43,380 bases of DNA, taken from a virus. Below the pieces are notes generated by a model that saw only the letters and a list, made by a program, of their open reading frames with translations, searched no databases and was not told the origin of the DNA. The translations under genes were made by a program, and so were the position numbers. This document shows, one piece after another, positions 22,791-32,215 of the stretch (position 1 is its first letter; each line of letters begins with the position of its first letter). Where the stretch lies: IMG/VR virus record IMGVR_UViG_3300045988_062151; one strand, written 5' to 3'.

Positions 22791-25511
22791 ATGGCTGGCC
22801 AGTATGACGGCACAATAATTATTGACACAGCAATTAAGACAAATGGAGTTGACAAGGGAACCAGAGACATTCAACAGAAGTTAAAGTCTGGAGCAAAAAA
22901 AACTGCTGTGACTGTCGAAAAGATTGGCCGAACACTGCAGGAGGGGGTGAGTAAATCCCTCTCAATCGGGCAGCAGGAAACAGGCGGCTTTTCTGGAGCG
23001 ACGAAAGAGGCCAGAGAACTGCAGGCGCAGATCGAGAAAACTTCATCAGCTCTGGAACTGGCCCAGAAGACAAAGGAACAATTTCTGGAAGCAGGCGGAT
23101 CACCGGATTCCAGTTACGTTCAGGATCTGGACAACCGGATACAGCATTTAACCGGGACACTGCAGGAAGGAAAGGGGAAGCTTGCAGAGTTTGGATTTGC
23201 CCAGCAGGAACCTGCTGCCGCAACAAAGAAGACTGGTGTGATTTTTTCCTGGGTAGGGAAAATCCTTGGCGGCTTGAAAAATGTCATGGTCAAGGTCGCG
23301 AAGAGCGGAGCAAAGCTTCTGGAGAGCGCATTGCGTGGCCTTGGAGAACGATCAAAGAAGTTGGCGGGAAATATCTCTAAGGTCATTCTTAAACTCCTGG
23401 GACTGAACAAGGAAAGCAAGAAGACAGGCTTTTCAATCTCCAAAATGCTAATGAGGGCATTGCTGTTCAGGACAGTATTCCGGGCATTGTCGACAGCGGT
23501 ATCCGGCATCAAAACCGGATTCCAGAATCTGGCTCAATATTCATCCCAGACAAATTCTGACATTTCATTGCTGATGTCCTCTCTTACTCAGCTAAAAAAC
23601 AGTCTTGCTACAGCATTCGCACCGATCCTTAGCGTAGTGGCACCGATTCTTAGCCGTTTCATAGGCATGCTCTCTTCGGCAGCAAGTGCAGTTGCTCAAT
23701 TTTTTGCAGCATTGACCGGAAAAAGTACTTACGTAAAAGCTGTTAAGGTTCAGCAGGATTATGCTGCAGGATTGAAAAAGACTGGTGATAATGCAAAAGA
23801 TGCAAAGAAAGAGCTACAGGGATACCTCTCGCCCATTGATGAAATCAACAAGAAAGAGAAGGAAAATGCAGAAACTTCGTCTGGTACCGGAGGTGGCGGA
23901 GTAAGTCCAGGGCAGATGTTCAAGGAAGAGGCTATCACCAATCCGATCAAAGGAATTGCGGATAAAATCCGAGAGTTATTTGCGGCAGAAGATTGGCAGG
24001 GTCTAGGAGCATTTATGGCGCAGTGTGTAAACGCTGCATTTGCAAAAATGTATCAGGCGCTTAGCTGGGAAAATGTAGGTCCGGAAATTGTACATTACCT
24101 GACTGCATTCATTGTGACGTTCAATTCCTTCATTCAGAATCTCGATTGGAATTTGATCGGACGCACGCTTGGAACTGGTATCAATACTGCAGTAAATACG
24201 TTATCCCTGTTGGTATCTGGAATTGACTGGGGAGCAATAGGCGCGGCTTTGTCTGTTGGATTGATGGGATTGGTCAACGAGGTTGACTGGAATGCCTTTG
24301 GCCTGCTGATTGGCAGCTATTTCATGATTAAGTGGGATATGCTGGTGAATTTTGTTCAGGGAATCGACTGGAGCAGGATTGGTGAATCAATTGGGCAGGC
24401 TCTGAACGGAGCGGTCCGGGCAATCGACCTTGCAACCATAGGAATGACTTTGGGACTTGCTATAACCGGCATATTCCAGACCGCCATTGATTTCGCAGCA
24501 ACTTTTGACTGGATTGGACTCGGAACCAACATAGCAAATGGAATTAATGCGGCTATACAAAATATAGACGCATCGACAATAGGAAAGGGACTTTCCGACT
24601 TTGCTGCAGGATTCTTGAACATGTGTGTTACTGCGTTAAGCCAGGTAAACTGGTTGGAACTTGGAAATAAAATTGGAGATTTTATTGTTTCTGTTGATTG
24701 GCTGGGTATTGCAGCACGTTTAGCAATTTGCGGAGTATTTTTAATAGAAGGACTGCTCGACGGAATTGTAGGAGCACTGGTCAGCATTGCATCTTGGATG
24801 AAAACGCATGTTTTTGATCCGATTGTGAACGGTTTCAAAAATTTGTTTGGTATTCATTCTCCATCTACTGTATTTGCAGAGTTTGGACATTTTCTGATCG
24901 AGGGACTGACCAACGGCATTAAAGATAAGATTAATAGCGTTTTACAGATTTTCCAGAATCTGAAAACCAATCTTACAACAAAGTGGAATGAGATAAAAGC
25001 GTCAGCAGAAACAACTTGGAAAGCTATTGGTGATGCAACACGCAATATCTGGCAGAACGGAATTGTAGGTGCTATCAAACAGTCAGTAAATTCCATTATC
25101 GGACTGATAAACCGGATGATCGAAGCGGTGACCGGCGGAGTCAATTCCATATTCGATAAGCTGAATACCTTCTCTATTGATATTCCTGACTGGGTCCCGG
25201 AGCTTGGCGGTAAGCATTTCGGCTTTGACTTCCAGCATTTCAAGGCGCCGAAGATTCCATATCTGGCAACCGGCGCAGTGATCCCGGCAAATGCCCCGTT
25301 TACGGCAGTCCTCGGAGACCAGAAACACGGCAACAATATTGAAGCACCGGAGGCTCTTATACGAAAGATTGTCCGGGAAGAGAGCGGCAGCAGAGGTGGA
25401 ACGTATCACTTTACCGGACAGATTAACCGGCGTGTGCTGTTTGACGAGTTCATCACCGAGGCGAAGCTCCGGCAGGATCAGACCGGCGTAAACCCGCTGA
25501 CATCGTTTTAA
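22791..25511 (+). CDS. Tape measure protein
   Basis: 906 aa with a coiled-coil N-terminus. It carries about nine periodic x-D-W-x-x-I-G motifs (NLDWNLIG, GIDWGAIG, EVDWNAFG, GIDWSRIG and others). Position is canonical. Confidence 0.85.
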   Translation: MAGQYDGTIIIDTAIKTNGVDKGTRDIQQKLKSGAKKTAVTVEKIGRTLQEGVSKSLSIGQQETGGFSGATKEARELQAQIEKTSSALELAQKTKEQFLEAGGSPDSSYVQDLDNRIQHLTGTLQEGKGKLAEFGFAQQEPAAATKKTGVIFSWVGKILGGLKNVMVKVAKSGAKLLESALRGLGERSKKLAGNISKVILKLLGLNKESKKTGFSISKMLMRALLFRTVFRALSTAVSGIKTGFQNLAQYSSQTNSDISLLMSSLTQLKNSLATAFAPILSVVAPILSRFIGMLSSAASAVAQFFAALTGKSTYVKAVKVQQDYAAGLKKTGDNAKDAKKELQGYLSPIDEINKKEKENAETSSGTGGGGVSPGQMFKEEAITNPIKGIADKIRELFAAEDWQGLGAFMAQCVNAAFAKMYQALSWENVGPEIVHYLTAFIVTFNSFIQNLDWNLIGRTLGTGINTAVNTLSLLVSGIDWGAIGAALSVGLMGLVNEVDWNAFGLLIGSYFMIKWDMLVNFVQGIDWSRIGESIGQALNGAVRAIDLATIGMTLGLAITGIFQTAIDFAATFDWIGLGTNIANGINAAIQNIDASTIGKGLSDFAAGFLNMCVTALSQVNWLELGNKIGDFIVSVDWLGIAARLAICGVFLIEGLLDGIVGALVSIASWMKTHVFDPIVNGFKNLFGIHSPSTVFAEFGHFLIEGLTNGIKDKINSVLQIFQNLKTNLTTKWNEIKASAETTWKAIGDATRNIWQNGIVGAIKQSVNSIIGLINRMIEAVTGGVNSIFDKLNTFSIDIPDWVPELGGKHFGFDFQHFKAPKIPYLATGAVIPANAPFTAVLGDQKHGNNIEAPEALIRKIVREESGSRGGTYHFTGQINRRVLFDEFITEAKLRQDQTGVNPLTSF

Positions 25512-25520
25512 GGAGGCTGT

Positions 25521-25901
25521 ATGCAGGATCGGATAAAAATTGAAGATGTTGTAATCTTGCAGCCGGACGACGACGGGTACCAGGCGGAGCTTGCAACGAC
25601 TTCCACAGAAGATTCAGACCGTGACATGGGACTGGATATGCACAACACGCCGATAGGCACGGTGTTCGGGTATAACCTTAAATGGACATCCCCACCGGCG
25701 AAGGAAGTATCAAAAATCCTCAAACTGGTACTGAATAAGAGCCAGTTCAAGATGCACTACTACGACATTGTAGAGGCGGCGTGGATGGACGGATATTTCT
25801 ACGCATCCAATTTCAGTTCCCCGTCGAGGTCACTGGAAGAGGATGCAGAGGTGTGGGATTCTCTGTCATTCAATGTCAGAAGTATAGGAGCGAAGAAATG
25901 A
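25521..25901 (+). CDS. Distal tail protein (short Dit-like), by position
   Basis: It lies between the tape measure and Tal genes. At 126 aa it is shorter than classical Dit. Confidence 0.4.
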   Translation: MQDRIKIEDVVILQPDDDGYQAELATTSTEDSDRDMGLDMHNTPIGTVFGYNLKWTSPPAKEVSKILKLVLNKSQFKMHYYDIVEAAWMDGYFYASNFSSPSRSLEEDAEVWDSLSFNVRSIGAKK

Positions 25902-28306
25902 GAGAAGGTAGCAGCGAGCTTCTCAAAGCTTATGAAACAAGCGCAAAATTCTATCAGACAGCACATTTTGTTCTGGCGAATGGCCAGACTCTGGATCTCG
26001 GAAAGGGTGATTTCTACCTTTCCGGGAACGGATTAAGTGACTCGGCAGGCAGTAGCACCTTTCCTCTGGGTGTAGCTCTTGAAAAACAGATCACTCTTTC
26101 CGTTGTCAATGACAAAGACCAGTATTCCACGTATGATTTCATCGGCGCGCGGATCACAGTCTACTGCAAATATGATCTTCCGGAGAGAGTGGAGTCATTC
26201 CTCTTCGGAACGTTCACCGTACGGGACCCGGAGACCTACGGAACGGTTATAACCATCACGGCGCTTGATGATATGTACAAGGGTGACGAGGATTACAGCA
26301 CTAAGCTGTCTTACCCCATGACTGCAGGTGAAGCTCTGCGGGACAGCTGCAGCACCTGTAATATAACTCTGGTAGATACAGTATTCGCCAACTCTGATTA
26401 CATCATCAAGGAAGCGCCTACCGGACTAACGCACCGCTCCTTCTGGGGACTGTGCGCGATGCTGGCGGGCGGAAATGCCCGGGTTGATGAGTATAACCGT
26501 CTACGTATCATTACCTATGATTTCTCAACGTTTGAGACTGACCAGGGATTATACGGCGGAGTGTTCGACAAAAGTACACCATATGCAACCGGAGACACGG
26601 CGGACGGTGGAACGTTCAAACCGTGGACGACCGGATATACATATGACGGAGGTAACTTCCACAACTGGAGCGGTATTCATCAGCTGTTCAAGGTGAAAAA
26701 TTTGAAAGTTTCCACCGATGATGTGGTTATCACAGGGATTCAGAGTGAAGTTGACGACACAACTTACACCAGCGGGCAGGAAGGGTACATGCTGAAACTG
26801 GATAACCAGTTAATCACAGGGAATGAGCAGGACGCAGTGAACCGTATCGGGCGGATCTTAATCGGCTTAAAATTCCGACCGTTTGAGATGGACCATGTAG
26901 CATATCCGTTTGCGGAATTTGGGGACCTGTGCTATGTGACGGACCGAAAAAACAATGTATATCAGTCTGTAATCACGGATGTGGATTTTCAGTTCTATGG
27001 GTATACGACGATCAAATGTACGGCGGAAAGTCCGATTCGGAACAGCTCCAATTACTATTCCGAAACAACCAAAGCAGTTATCAAGGCCAGAAGAAAAACA
27101 AAGATACAGCTTGATGAATACGACAAGGCCGTGCAGATGCTCACAAGCCTTATCACGCAGAGCTTTGGCGTATATAAAACAGAGGAAGTGTTGGAGGATG
27201 GCTCCACAATCTTCTACCTGCACAATAAACCTACACTGGCAGCATCCCGCACAATTTGGAAGATGACAGCCAATGCTTTTGCGGTCAGTACGGACGGCGG
27301 AAAGACCTGGAACGCCGGAATGAATTCTTCCGGTAACGCTGTTGTGAATGTTTTATCTGCTATTGGCATCAATTTTGACTGGGCAAGAGGCGGAACGCTG
27401 ACACTTGGCGGTCAGAACAATACGAACGGTCTGTGCCGGATCCTTGATGCATCCGGGAATGAGGTCGGAAAATTCAGCCTTGACGGAATCAAGGCTACAA
27501 AAGGGCAGATTGCAGGATGGAACCTCAATGCATCCGAACTTTCCAATACAAGCGGGAACACATCTGTTTTTCTTGCCAACGGAACCAACACGAACAAAGA
27601 TTTCCTCGTGGTTCGAGTCCTAAAAAATGGATCTTATGTATATCCGTTTTTCGTACGGGCGACTGGACAGGTGGGTATCAATCTTATAGATCAGCCAGCG
27701 GATACCCCTGCAATTACGATGGGAAACTCTGATGGTGGTTATATGCGAATGGGGGCAGATGGGTTTGAGGTTAATTTCGGTTCTCATTACGCAAAAATGT
27801 ACTACGGATCCGGCGGGTACGCACGTCTTACCCTCGGAAACAACGGCAATGAAAAAGCACGAATTGACTCTGACGGAATGCTACAAACCAAATACGGCAT
27901 TAAGGGAAGCGCCACGCCAAACGTACATATCAACAGTTCCGGAACGATCCTGGAATGTAGAAGTTCCAGCCGGAGATACAAAAAAGATGAGTCCACAGAT
28001 CTCGGAGATATGGACCCGACGAAGCTGTATGATGTCCCGGTAAAAACGTACTACTACAAAAGCGGATACCTTTCAGAAGAGGATCCACGGTATGGTGAAA
28101 AGTTCATTGGATTCATCGTGGAAGATTTTCAAGAAACATATCCCTGGGCCATCGACTATGACGATAAAGGACGCCCGGAAATGTGGAACAGCACTGTTCT
28201 CCTTCCGGCTATGTTGAAACTGATCCAAGAGCAACACAGCGAGATTGAAAATCTGAAAAATGAAATATCAGAGATTAAGGAAATGCTGAAAGGAGTGATA
28301 GGGTAA
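25898..28306 (+). CDS. Tail tip / tail-associated protein (Tal) with a C-terminal S74 intramolecular-chaperone domain
   Basis: Track ORF 25781..28306. ATG 25898 (AGGAG upstream, ATGA overlap) is the likely start. The C-terminus SSSRRYKKDE...FIGFIVEDFQETYPW...LLPAMLKLIQEQHSEIENLK matches the Peptidase_S74 pattern. Confidence 0.7.
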   Translation: MREGSSELLKAYETSAKFYQTAHFVLANGQTLDLGKGDFYLSGNGLSDSAGSSTFPLGVALEKQITLSVVNDKDQYSTYDFIGARITVYCKYDLPERVESFLFGTFTVRDPETYGTVITITALDDMYKGDEDYSTKLSYPMTAGEALRDSCSTCNITLVDTVFANSDYIIKEAPTGLTHRSFWGLCAMLAGGNARVDEYNRLRIITYDFSTFETDQGLYGGVFDKSTPYATGDTADGGTFKPWTTGYTYDGGNFHNWSGIHQLFKVKNLKVSTDDVVITGIQSEVDDTTYTSGQEGYMLKLDNQLITGNEQDAVNRIGRILIGLKFRPFEMDHVAYPFAEFGDLCYVTDRKNNVYQSVITDVDFQFYGYTTIKCTAESPIRNSSNYYSETTKAVIKARRKTKIQLDEYDKAVQMLTSLITQSFGVYKTEEVLEDGSTIFYLHNKPTLAASRTIWKMTANAFAVSTDGGKTWNAGMNSSGNAVVNVLSAIGINFDWARGGTLTLGGQNNTNGLCRILDASGNEVGKFSLDGIKATKGQIAGWNLNASELSNTSGNTSVFLANGTNTNKDFLVVRVLKNGSYVYPFFVRATGQVGINLIDQPADTPAITMGNSDGGYMRMGADGFEVNFGSHYAKMYYGSGGYARLTLGNNGNEKARIDSDGMLQTKYGIKGSATPNVHINSSGTILECRSSSRRYKKDESTDLGDMDPTKLYDVPVKTYYYKSGYLSEEDPRYGEKFIGFIVEDFQETYPWAIDYDDKGRPEMWNSTVLLPAMLKLIQEQHSEIENLKNEISEIKEMLKGVIG

Positions 28307-28887
28307 TGGCAATTCAGAACAGGCGTGGAAACTATGAAGACTTTCTTCCAGAGAAAATGCTTCCGGCAGAATGGGCCATTGTTCTTTCTGGTGATCCGGT
28401 CGTCACTGATGGAAAATCCGCATTCATTTGTTTTTCTCCGGGTGACGTAAAGAGGATTGCAACATATAACGATATGGTAGCTCAATTCAACGCCATTAAT
28501 GCAGGTCTAATCGAAGAACTCACGGGTGATGTCACCGACGCTGCGAATGCCGCGAACGTTGCAGCATCTGGAGCCAATACCGCAGCCGGAAATGCGCGGA
28601 CGCAAGCTACTGCTGCAGAAACAGCAGCCAACGAAGCAAGCAACGTAGCCGATATAATCCAGGGCAAGCTTGACGCTGGTGAGCTGAAAGGGGACAAAGG
28701 AGACAAAGGAGACAAAGGCGCTACTGGAGAAAGTGGCGTAACTGTTCCAATTTCTGGACTCTTCACTCTTGCTGTAGAAGAGGATACAGGGGATCTGTAT
28801 GTGTACTATGCTGATGGTAGCACACCGCCGGAGTTTGAGTACAACTCCGAAACAGGAGATTTATACTATGTCACACCGGAATCATAG
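28306..28887 (+). CDS. Tail fibre protein with a short collagen-like (GDK)3 segment
   Basis: The N-terminus IQNRRGNYEDFLPEKMLPAEWAIV resembles the conserved fibre/Mtd_N-type N-terminal motif. A GDKGDKGDKGATGESG segment is present. Confidence 0.6.
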   Translation: MAIQNRRGNYEDFLPEKMLPAEWAIVLSGDPVVTDGKSAFICFSPGDVKRIATYNDMVAQFNAINAGLIEELTGDVTDAANAANVAASGANTAAGNARTQATAAETAANEASNVADIIQGKLDAGELKGDKGDKGDKGATGESGVTVPISGLFTLAVEEDTGDLYVYYADGSTPPEFEYNSETGDLYYVTPES

Positions 28888-28902
28888 AAAGGAGATAACT
28901 TC

Positions 28903-29583
28903 ATGGCAAAAGTTAAAATCGGAAACGTAAAGGGACCGCAAGGTGAACAGGGACCGCAGGGTGAACAGGGACCGCAGGGTCCAACCGGTGCAACTGGAGC
29001 AACTGGACAGGTTGACGCAAGCACTACTATCGAATTTGAAGAGAACAGCAGTTACGCAAATATTGAAAGTGGAGAAAGCATAGCTACCATTTTTGGCAAG
29101 CTCAAAAAAGTTGTAGGTGGAATCCTTGCCGGAGCAGGCAGCACACTTCTCGGTGCAGATCTTACCGCAAACAGAGTGCTCCTGTCTAATGATTCTGGAA
29201 AGATTGTCGCATCCACGATCACCAGCACAGAGCTGAGTTATCTGGACGGACTGTCGGGAAATGTGCAGAATGATGTTGCATCCATGAAAAAAAGCATTAG
29301 TGAACTAACTGAAAAGTGTTCTGATTTTGAAAATGACTTGAAAAACTGTTTTAAAACAAAAAATACATTGGAAACATCTGCTGACTCTATAGGCGTTAAT
29401 GGAGCTTATAGGGTCCATGCTGATCATCCAGTAAACAATATTACCAATGGTGTTTTAATCTCATTCATTCCTACTGGCGGTGTTGCCTTTCAATTTTTGA
29501 CAGATTATCAAGCTTCCATTTCGTATATGAGAGTAAAGTGGTATGGTACGTGGTACGCATGGAGGATGATTACAATTAAATAA
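28903..29583 (+). CDS. Collagen-like-repeat tail fibre / receptor-binding protein
   Basis: GPQGEQGPQGEQGPQGPTGATGATGQ forms about 8.7 G-X-Y triplets at residues 11-36. The C-terminal domain is AT-rich. Confidence 0.55.
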   Translation: MAKVKIGNVKGPQGEQGPQGEQGPQGPTGATGATGQVDASTTIEFEENSSYANIESGESIATIFGKLKKVVGGILAGAGSTLLGADLTANRVLLSNDSGKIVASTITSTELSYLDGLSGNVQNDVASMKKSISELTEKCSDFENDLKNCFKTKNTLETSADSIGVNGAYRVHADHPVNNITNGVLISFIPTGGVAFQFLTDYQASISYMRVKWYGTWYAWRMITIK

Positions 29584-29587
29584 TTAT

Positions 29588-30094
29588 TTACTTTGCCATT
29601 GCAATCCAATATACAGATGTAGGCGTTCCATCACTTCGCTTAAAACATATTGCAAAATCATTTTCTGTACATTCAGCAACCGAACAATCACAAGTTTGAG
29701 GATAGGATGTTGCGGGTGTTGCTACGACAACCGGTATTTTTGAAAATGGTTTCTCAAAGGTTACTTTTACTTTAACAACATATCCTGCGTTCGGTGTTAC
29801 AGCAGCGTCCCCAAACTGAATTTCAGGCAAATTTTTGTTTACGCTGATAATATCCCCATTTAGCTTACTGTTCACCTTCGCCAGCGTGGTCTCTTCCCAC
29901 GCCGTCGCGTCCCAGGTACCAGTCGTTTCTTTAACCGCCTCGTAGATCTTACCGTTGTAAACGCACAGATTTCCTTTAGCATAAGTCTCTGCCGAATTAT
30001 ACTCATCAGAAATCATTGCCCGCGCTGCAGCGTCCTTGAACTGTACCGGCACCCCTCCAATATAAGCTCCTTTTGCATTTGCCATTTTATACAT
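29588..30094 (-). CDS. H-type-lectin-like carbohydrate-binding protein (reverse strand)
   Basis: It has its own RBS AGGAGG. The C-terminus VKVTFEKPFSKIPVVVATPAT...FAICFKRSDGTPTSVYWIAMA fits the H_lectin pattern (F..pF...P.V ... v.W.A). The N-terminal half carries a YNGKIYEA...W motif. Confidence 0.45.
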   Translation of the reverse strand: MYKMANAKGAYIGGVPVQFKDAAARAMISDEYNSAETYAKGNLCVYNGKIYEAVKETTGTWDATAWEETTLAKVNSKLNGDIISVNKNLPEIQFGDAAVTPNAGYVVKVKVTFEKPFSKIPVVVATPATSYPQTCDCSVAECTENDFAICFKRSDGTPTSVYWIAMAK

Positions 30095-30146
30095 CCTCCT
30101 GTTTTGTTGTTCCCATACTTATCAAAGTTAGTTAAGAAACAGAACC

Positions 30147-30177
30147 AAAAGGAGCGGGTTTTGTCCGCTCCTTTTTT
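30147..30177. terminator. Bidirectional intrinsic terminator
   Basis: aaaaGGAGCGGgttttgtCCGCTCCtttttt has a 7-bp GC-rich stem flanked by an A run and a T run. Confidence 0.7.
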
Positions 30178-30180
30178 CAG

Positions 30181-31197
30181 TTATATTGCCTGCACATACT
30201 TCCGAAATACTTCTTCTGAATCCCGTTGCGCTATATAATGTTTTTGAGTAACGTCTGATCCTTTGTGCCCTAGATAGCATCCAGCGTCGTACACAGTCCC
30301 CCCTCTCTTGATGACATTGGTAGCAACGGTGTGACGATATATGTGCGGGTACACGCGCTTGTTTATCCCGGAGTCAGCGGCTATGCGTTTGATCTCCGCA
30401 TAGATTCCTGATTTTTGTAACTTCTTCGTTTTATCCCCTCGGATATGTGTGAACAGAGGCTCATTGCTGCACAAATCTACTTTTCTATCCAATAAAAGAT
30501 ATTCTTTCAAATATTTCATTGCCACCCCGTCAATCCATACGTTTCTCCATTCTTCCGTCTTTTCCCCGTACATCAATAGTTTTCCGGTGTTCCAGTCAAT
30601 CTGATTGACTTTGACGTATGGAACCTCTCCTTTTCTGCTTGCGGTCGTCCGAAAATATTCCAACAATGCCCGATCTCTCCGGTTTTTACATCCTTCTTTC
30701 AGCTGTTCTATGTCTTCTGCCAGAAGATACTCTACTGGTTTTCGAACTTCCTTGTACCGGTCGATTTCTTCAACAGGGTTGAACTGAATGAACCGCTGCC
30801 TTTTCATCCACTCAAACAGTGCCAGAATCTTCCGCCGTTTGTTATTGAGAGAGGTTCCGGTGTTTCCCTCTTTTCGTTTCTGGTGTAGGTAGTGCTGTAT
30901 ATCATCAGCATCCATCATAACCAACGGTTTTGGCACGTATCGAACCAACTCCATTGCGGCTCCTATGTATGCCCGCATGGTGGACTCTTTGAGGACTAGG
31001 CTACGCTTCAACTCATACAGCTCTAAGATATATTCGTTAGAATTTTCGAACGTCGCAGGCAGTGTGGTGGCATCCACGATCTCGACCTGATACAGGCATT
31101 CAGAGAGTGTCTCGTCCAGCATGGCAAGCTCGTTCTTCCCTAAATGATAGCGCATTTTCATTACAATTTCGTTCTTTAATGTTTCCTTTCTGTTCAT
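30181..31197 (-). CDS. Tyrosine recombinase, XerC/D-like (second recombinase of the genome)
   Basis: It has a SAM-like N-terminal domain. RDRALLEYF...ASRKGEV, HIYRHTVATN, YLGHKG and QKHYI give the R...HxxR...H...Y catalytic pattern. Confidence 0.8.
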   Translation of the reverse strand: MNRKETLKNEIVMKMRYHLGKNELAMLDETLSECLYQVEIVDATTLPATFENSNEYILELYELKRSLVLKESTMRAYIGAAMELVRYVPKPLVMMDADDIQHYLHQKRKEGNTGTSLNNKRRKILALFEWMKRQRFIQFNPVEEIDRYKEVRKPVEYLLAEDIEQLKEGCKNRRDRALLEYFRTTASRKGEVPYVKVNQIDWNTGKLLMYGEKTEEWRNVWIDGVAMKYLKEYLLLDRKVDLCSNEPLFTHIRGDKTKKLQKSGIYAEIKRIAADSGINKRVYPHIYRHTVATNVIKRGGTVYDAGCYLGHKGSDVTQKHYIAQRDSEEVFRKYVQAI

Positions 31198-31286
31198 AGT
31201 GTTTCCTCCTCTAAAACGTGAAGATATGGTTATGAGAAAAGTGGGTTACACTTAATATAGTAATGGATTATACAGGAGGTTAAAAC

Positions 31287-32051
31287 ATGGTTATTGGAAT
31301 TAATGCCGGACACACGAAAACAGGTCCCGGATCTGGAGCCGTTGGAAGAATTAAAGAGTCAGAGCATACAAGATATGTGGCTGCTGCGCTGGAAAAATAT
31401 TTTCGTGCTGCAGGAGCAACCGTTCGGGATTGCACGATCGACTCGGCAAAGACCCAGAATGCATATCTGGCACAGGCTGTCAACTTGGCCAACGCGCAGG
31501 ATCTTGATTGGTTTGTGTCCATTCATTTCAACGCAGGCGGCGGACGCGGCGTAGAAGCATACACATACAACGGCAGACAGTATCAGGACGCAATCGAGAT
31601 CTGCGAGAATATTGCAGCTCTCGGCTTTAAAAATCGCGGCGTAAAATCCGGCAGTGGATTATATGTTATCAGAAAGACCAAGGCGAAGAGTATCCTGATC
31701 GAAGTATGCTTCGTGGATTCTGACGATGCAGAGCATTATCTGTCTGTAGGCGCGGATAAGATCGCAAAAGCTATCGCGGCCTCCCTCCTTCCAATCGCAG
31801 CACCGGAATTACCTGCACCGGAAGCACCTGCAAAGGCAGAAAAGAAAAAGATGGTGAAAGTGCTGGTTAATGAGCTGAATGTGCGAAAAGCAGCGTCATG
31901 GAATGCAAAAGATGTATGCGGAACTGTTTGCAAAAACGAGGTATTCACGGTCGTTGATACACTGACTGTAGGAAAGACGCCGATGCATAAGTTGAAGAGT
32001 GGATTGTACATCACAGCACATCCGGCATATGTGCATACATACGAAAAATAA
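31287..32051 (+). CDS. Endolysin: N-acetylmuramoyl-L-alanine amidase (Amidase_3) with a C-terminal SH3-like wall-binding domain
   Basis: IGINAGHT...SIHFNAG...IEVCFVDS are the Amidase_3 motifs. After an AP-rich linker, VKVLVNELNVRKAASWNAKD...YITAHPAYV resembles SH3_3. Confidence 0.85.
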   Translation: MVIGINAGHTKTGPGSGAVGRIKESEHTRYVAAALEKYFRAAGATVRDCTIDSAKTQNAYLAQAVNLANAQDLDWFVSIHFNAGGGRGVEAYTYNGRQYQDAIEICENIAALGFKNRGVKSGSGLYVIRKTKAKSILIEVCFVDSDDAEHYLSVGADKIAKAIAASLLPIAAPELPAPEAPAKAEKKKMVKVLVNELNVRKAASWNAKDVCGTVCKNEVFTVVDTLTVGKTPMHKLKSGLYITAHPAYVHTYEK

Positions 32052-32063
32052 AACATTAAAAAA

Positions 32064-32092
32064 GAACTCATCGCAAAGATGGGTTCTTTTTT
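32064..32092 (+). terminator. Rho-independent terminator after the endolysin gene
   Basis: Stem GAACTC / GGGTTC, followed by a T6 run. Confidence 0.6.
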
Positions 32093-32215
32093 GATTTTAG
32101 ATATTAACATTTTTCAATTCAACCGTACCAGACATTGGACTGACGGACACACAGCAATTCCATGTACTGCTGATAAAAATATTATAACAAAAATGGAAAA
32201 AATTGCAATGCCCTA

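Noticed and set aside
25781-25897. N-terminal extension of the Tal ORF from 25781
   Set aside because: It would overlap the Dit-like gene by 120 nt. ATG 25898 has an AGGAG RBS and the typical ATGA stop/start coupling.
28306-28887. Diversity-generating retroelement suggested by the Mtd_N-like fibre N-terminus
   Set aside because: No reverse transcriptase ORF and no template/variable repeat pair are evident in the genome.
29280-29800. Intragenic inversion that swaps the C-terminal domains of the convergent fibre and lectin-like genes
   Set aside because: Such a swap needs inverted repeats inside both genes, that is, a shared peptide or nucleotide segment. I see no common motif of five or more residues between the two proteins.
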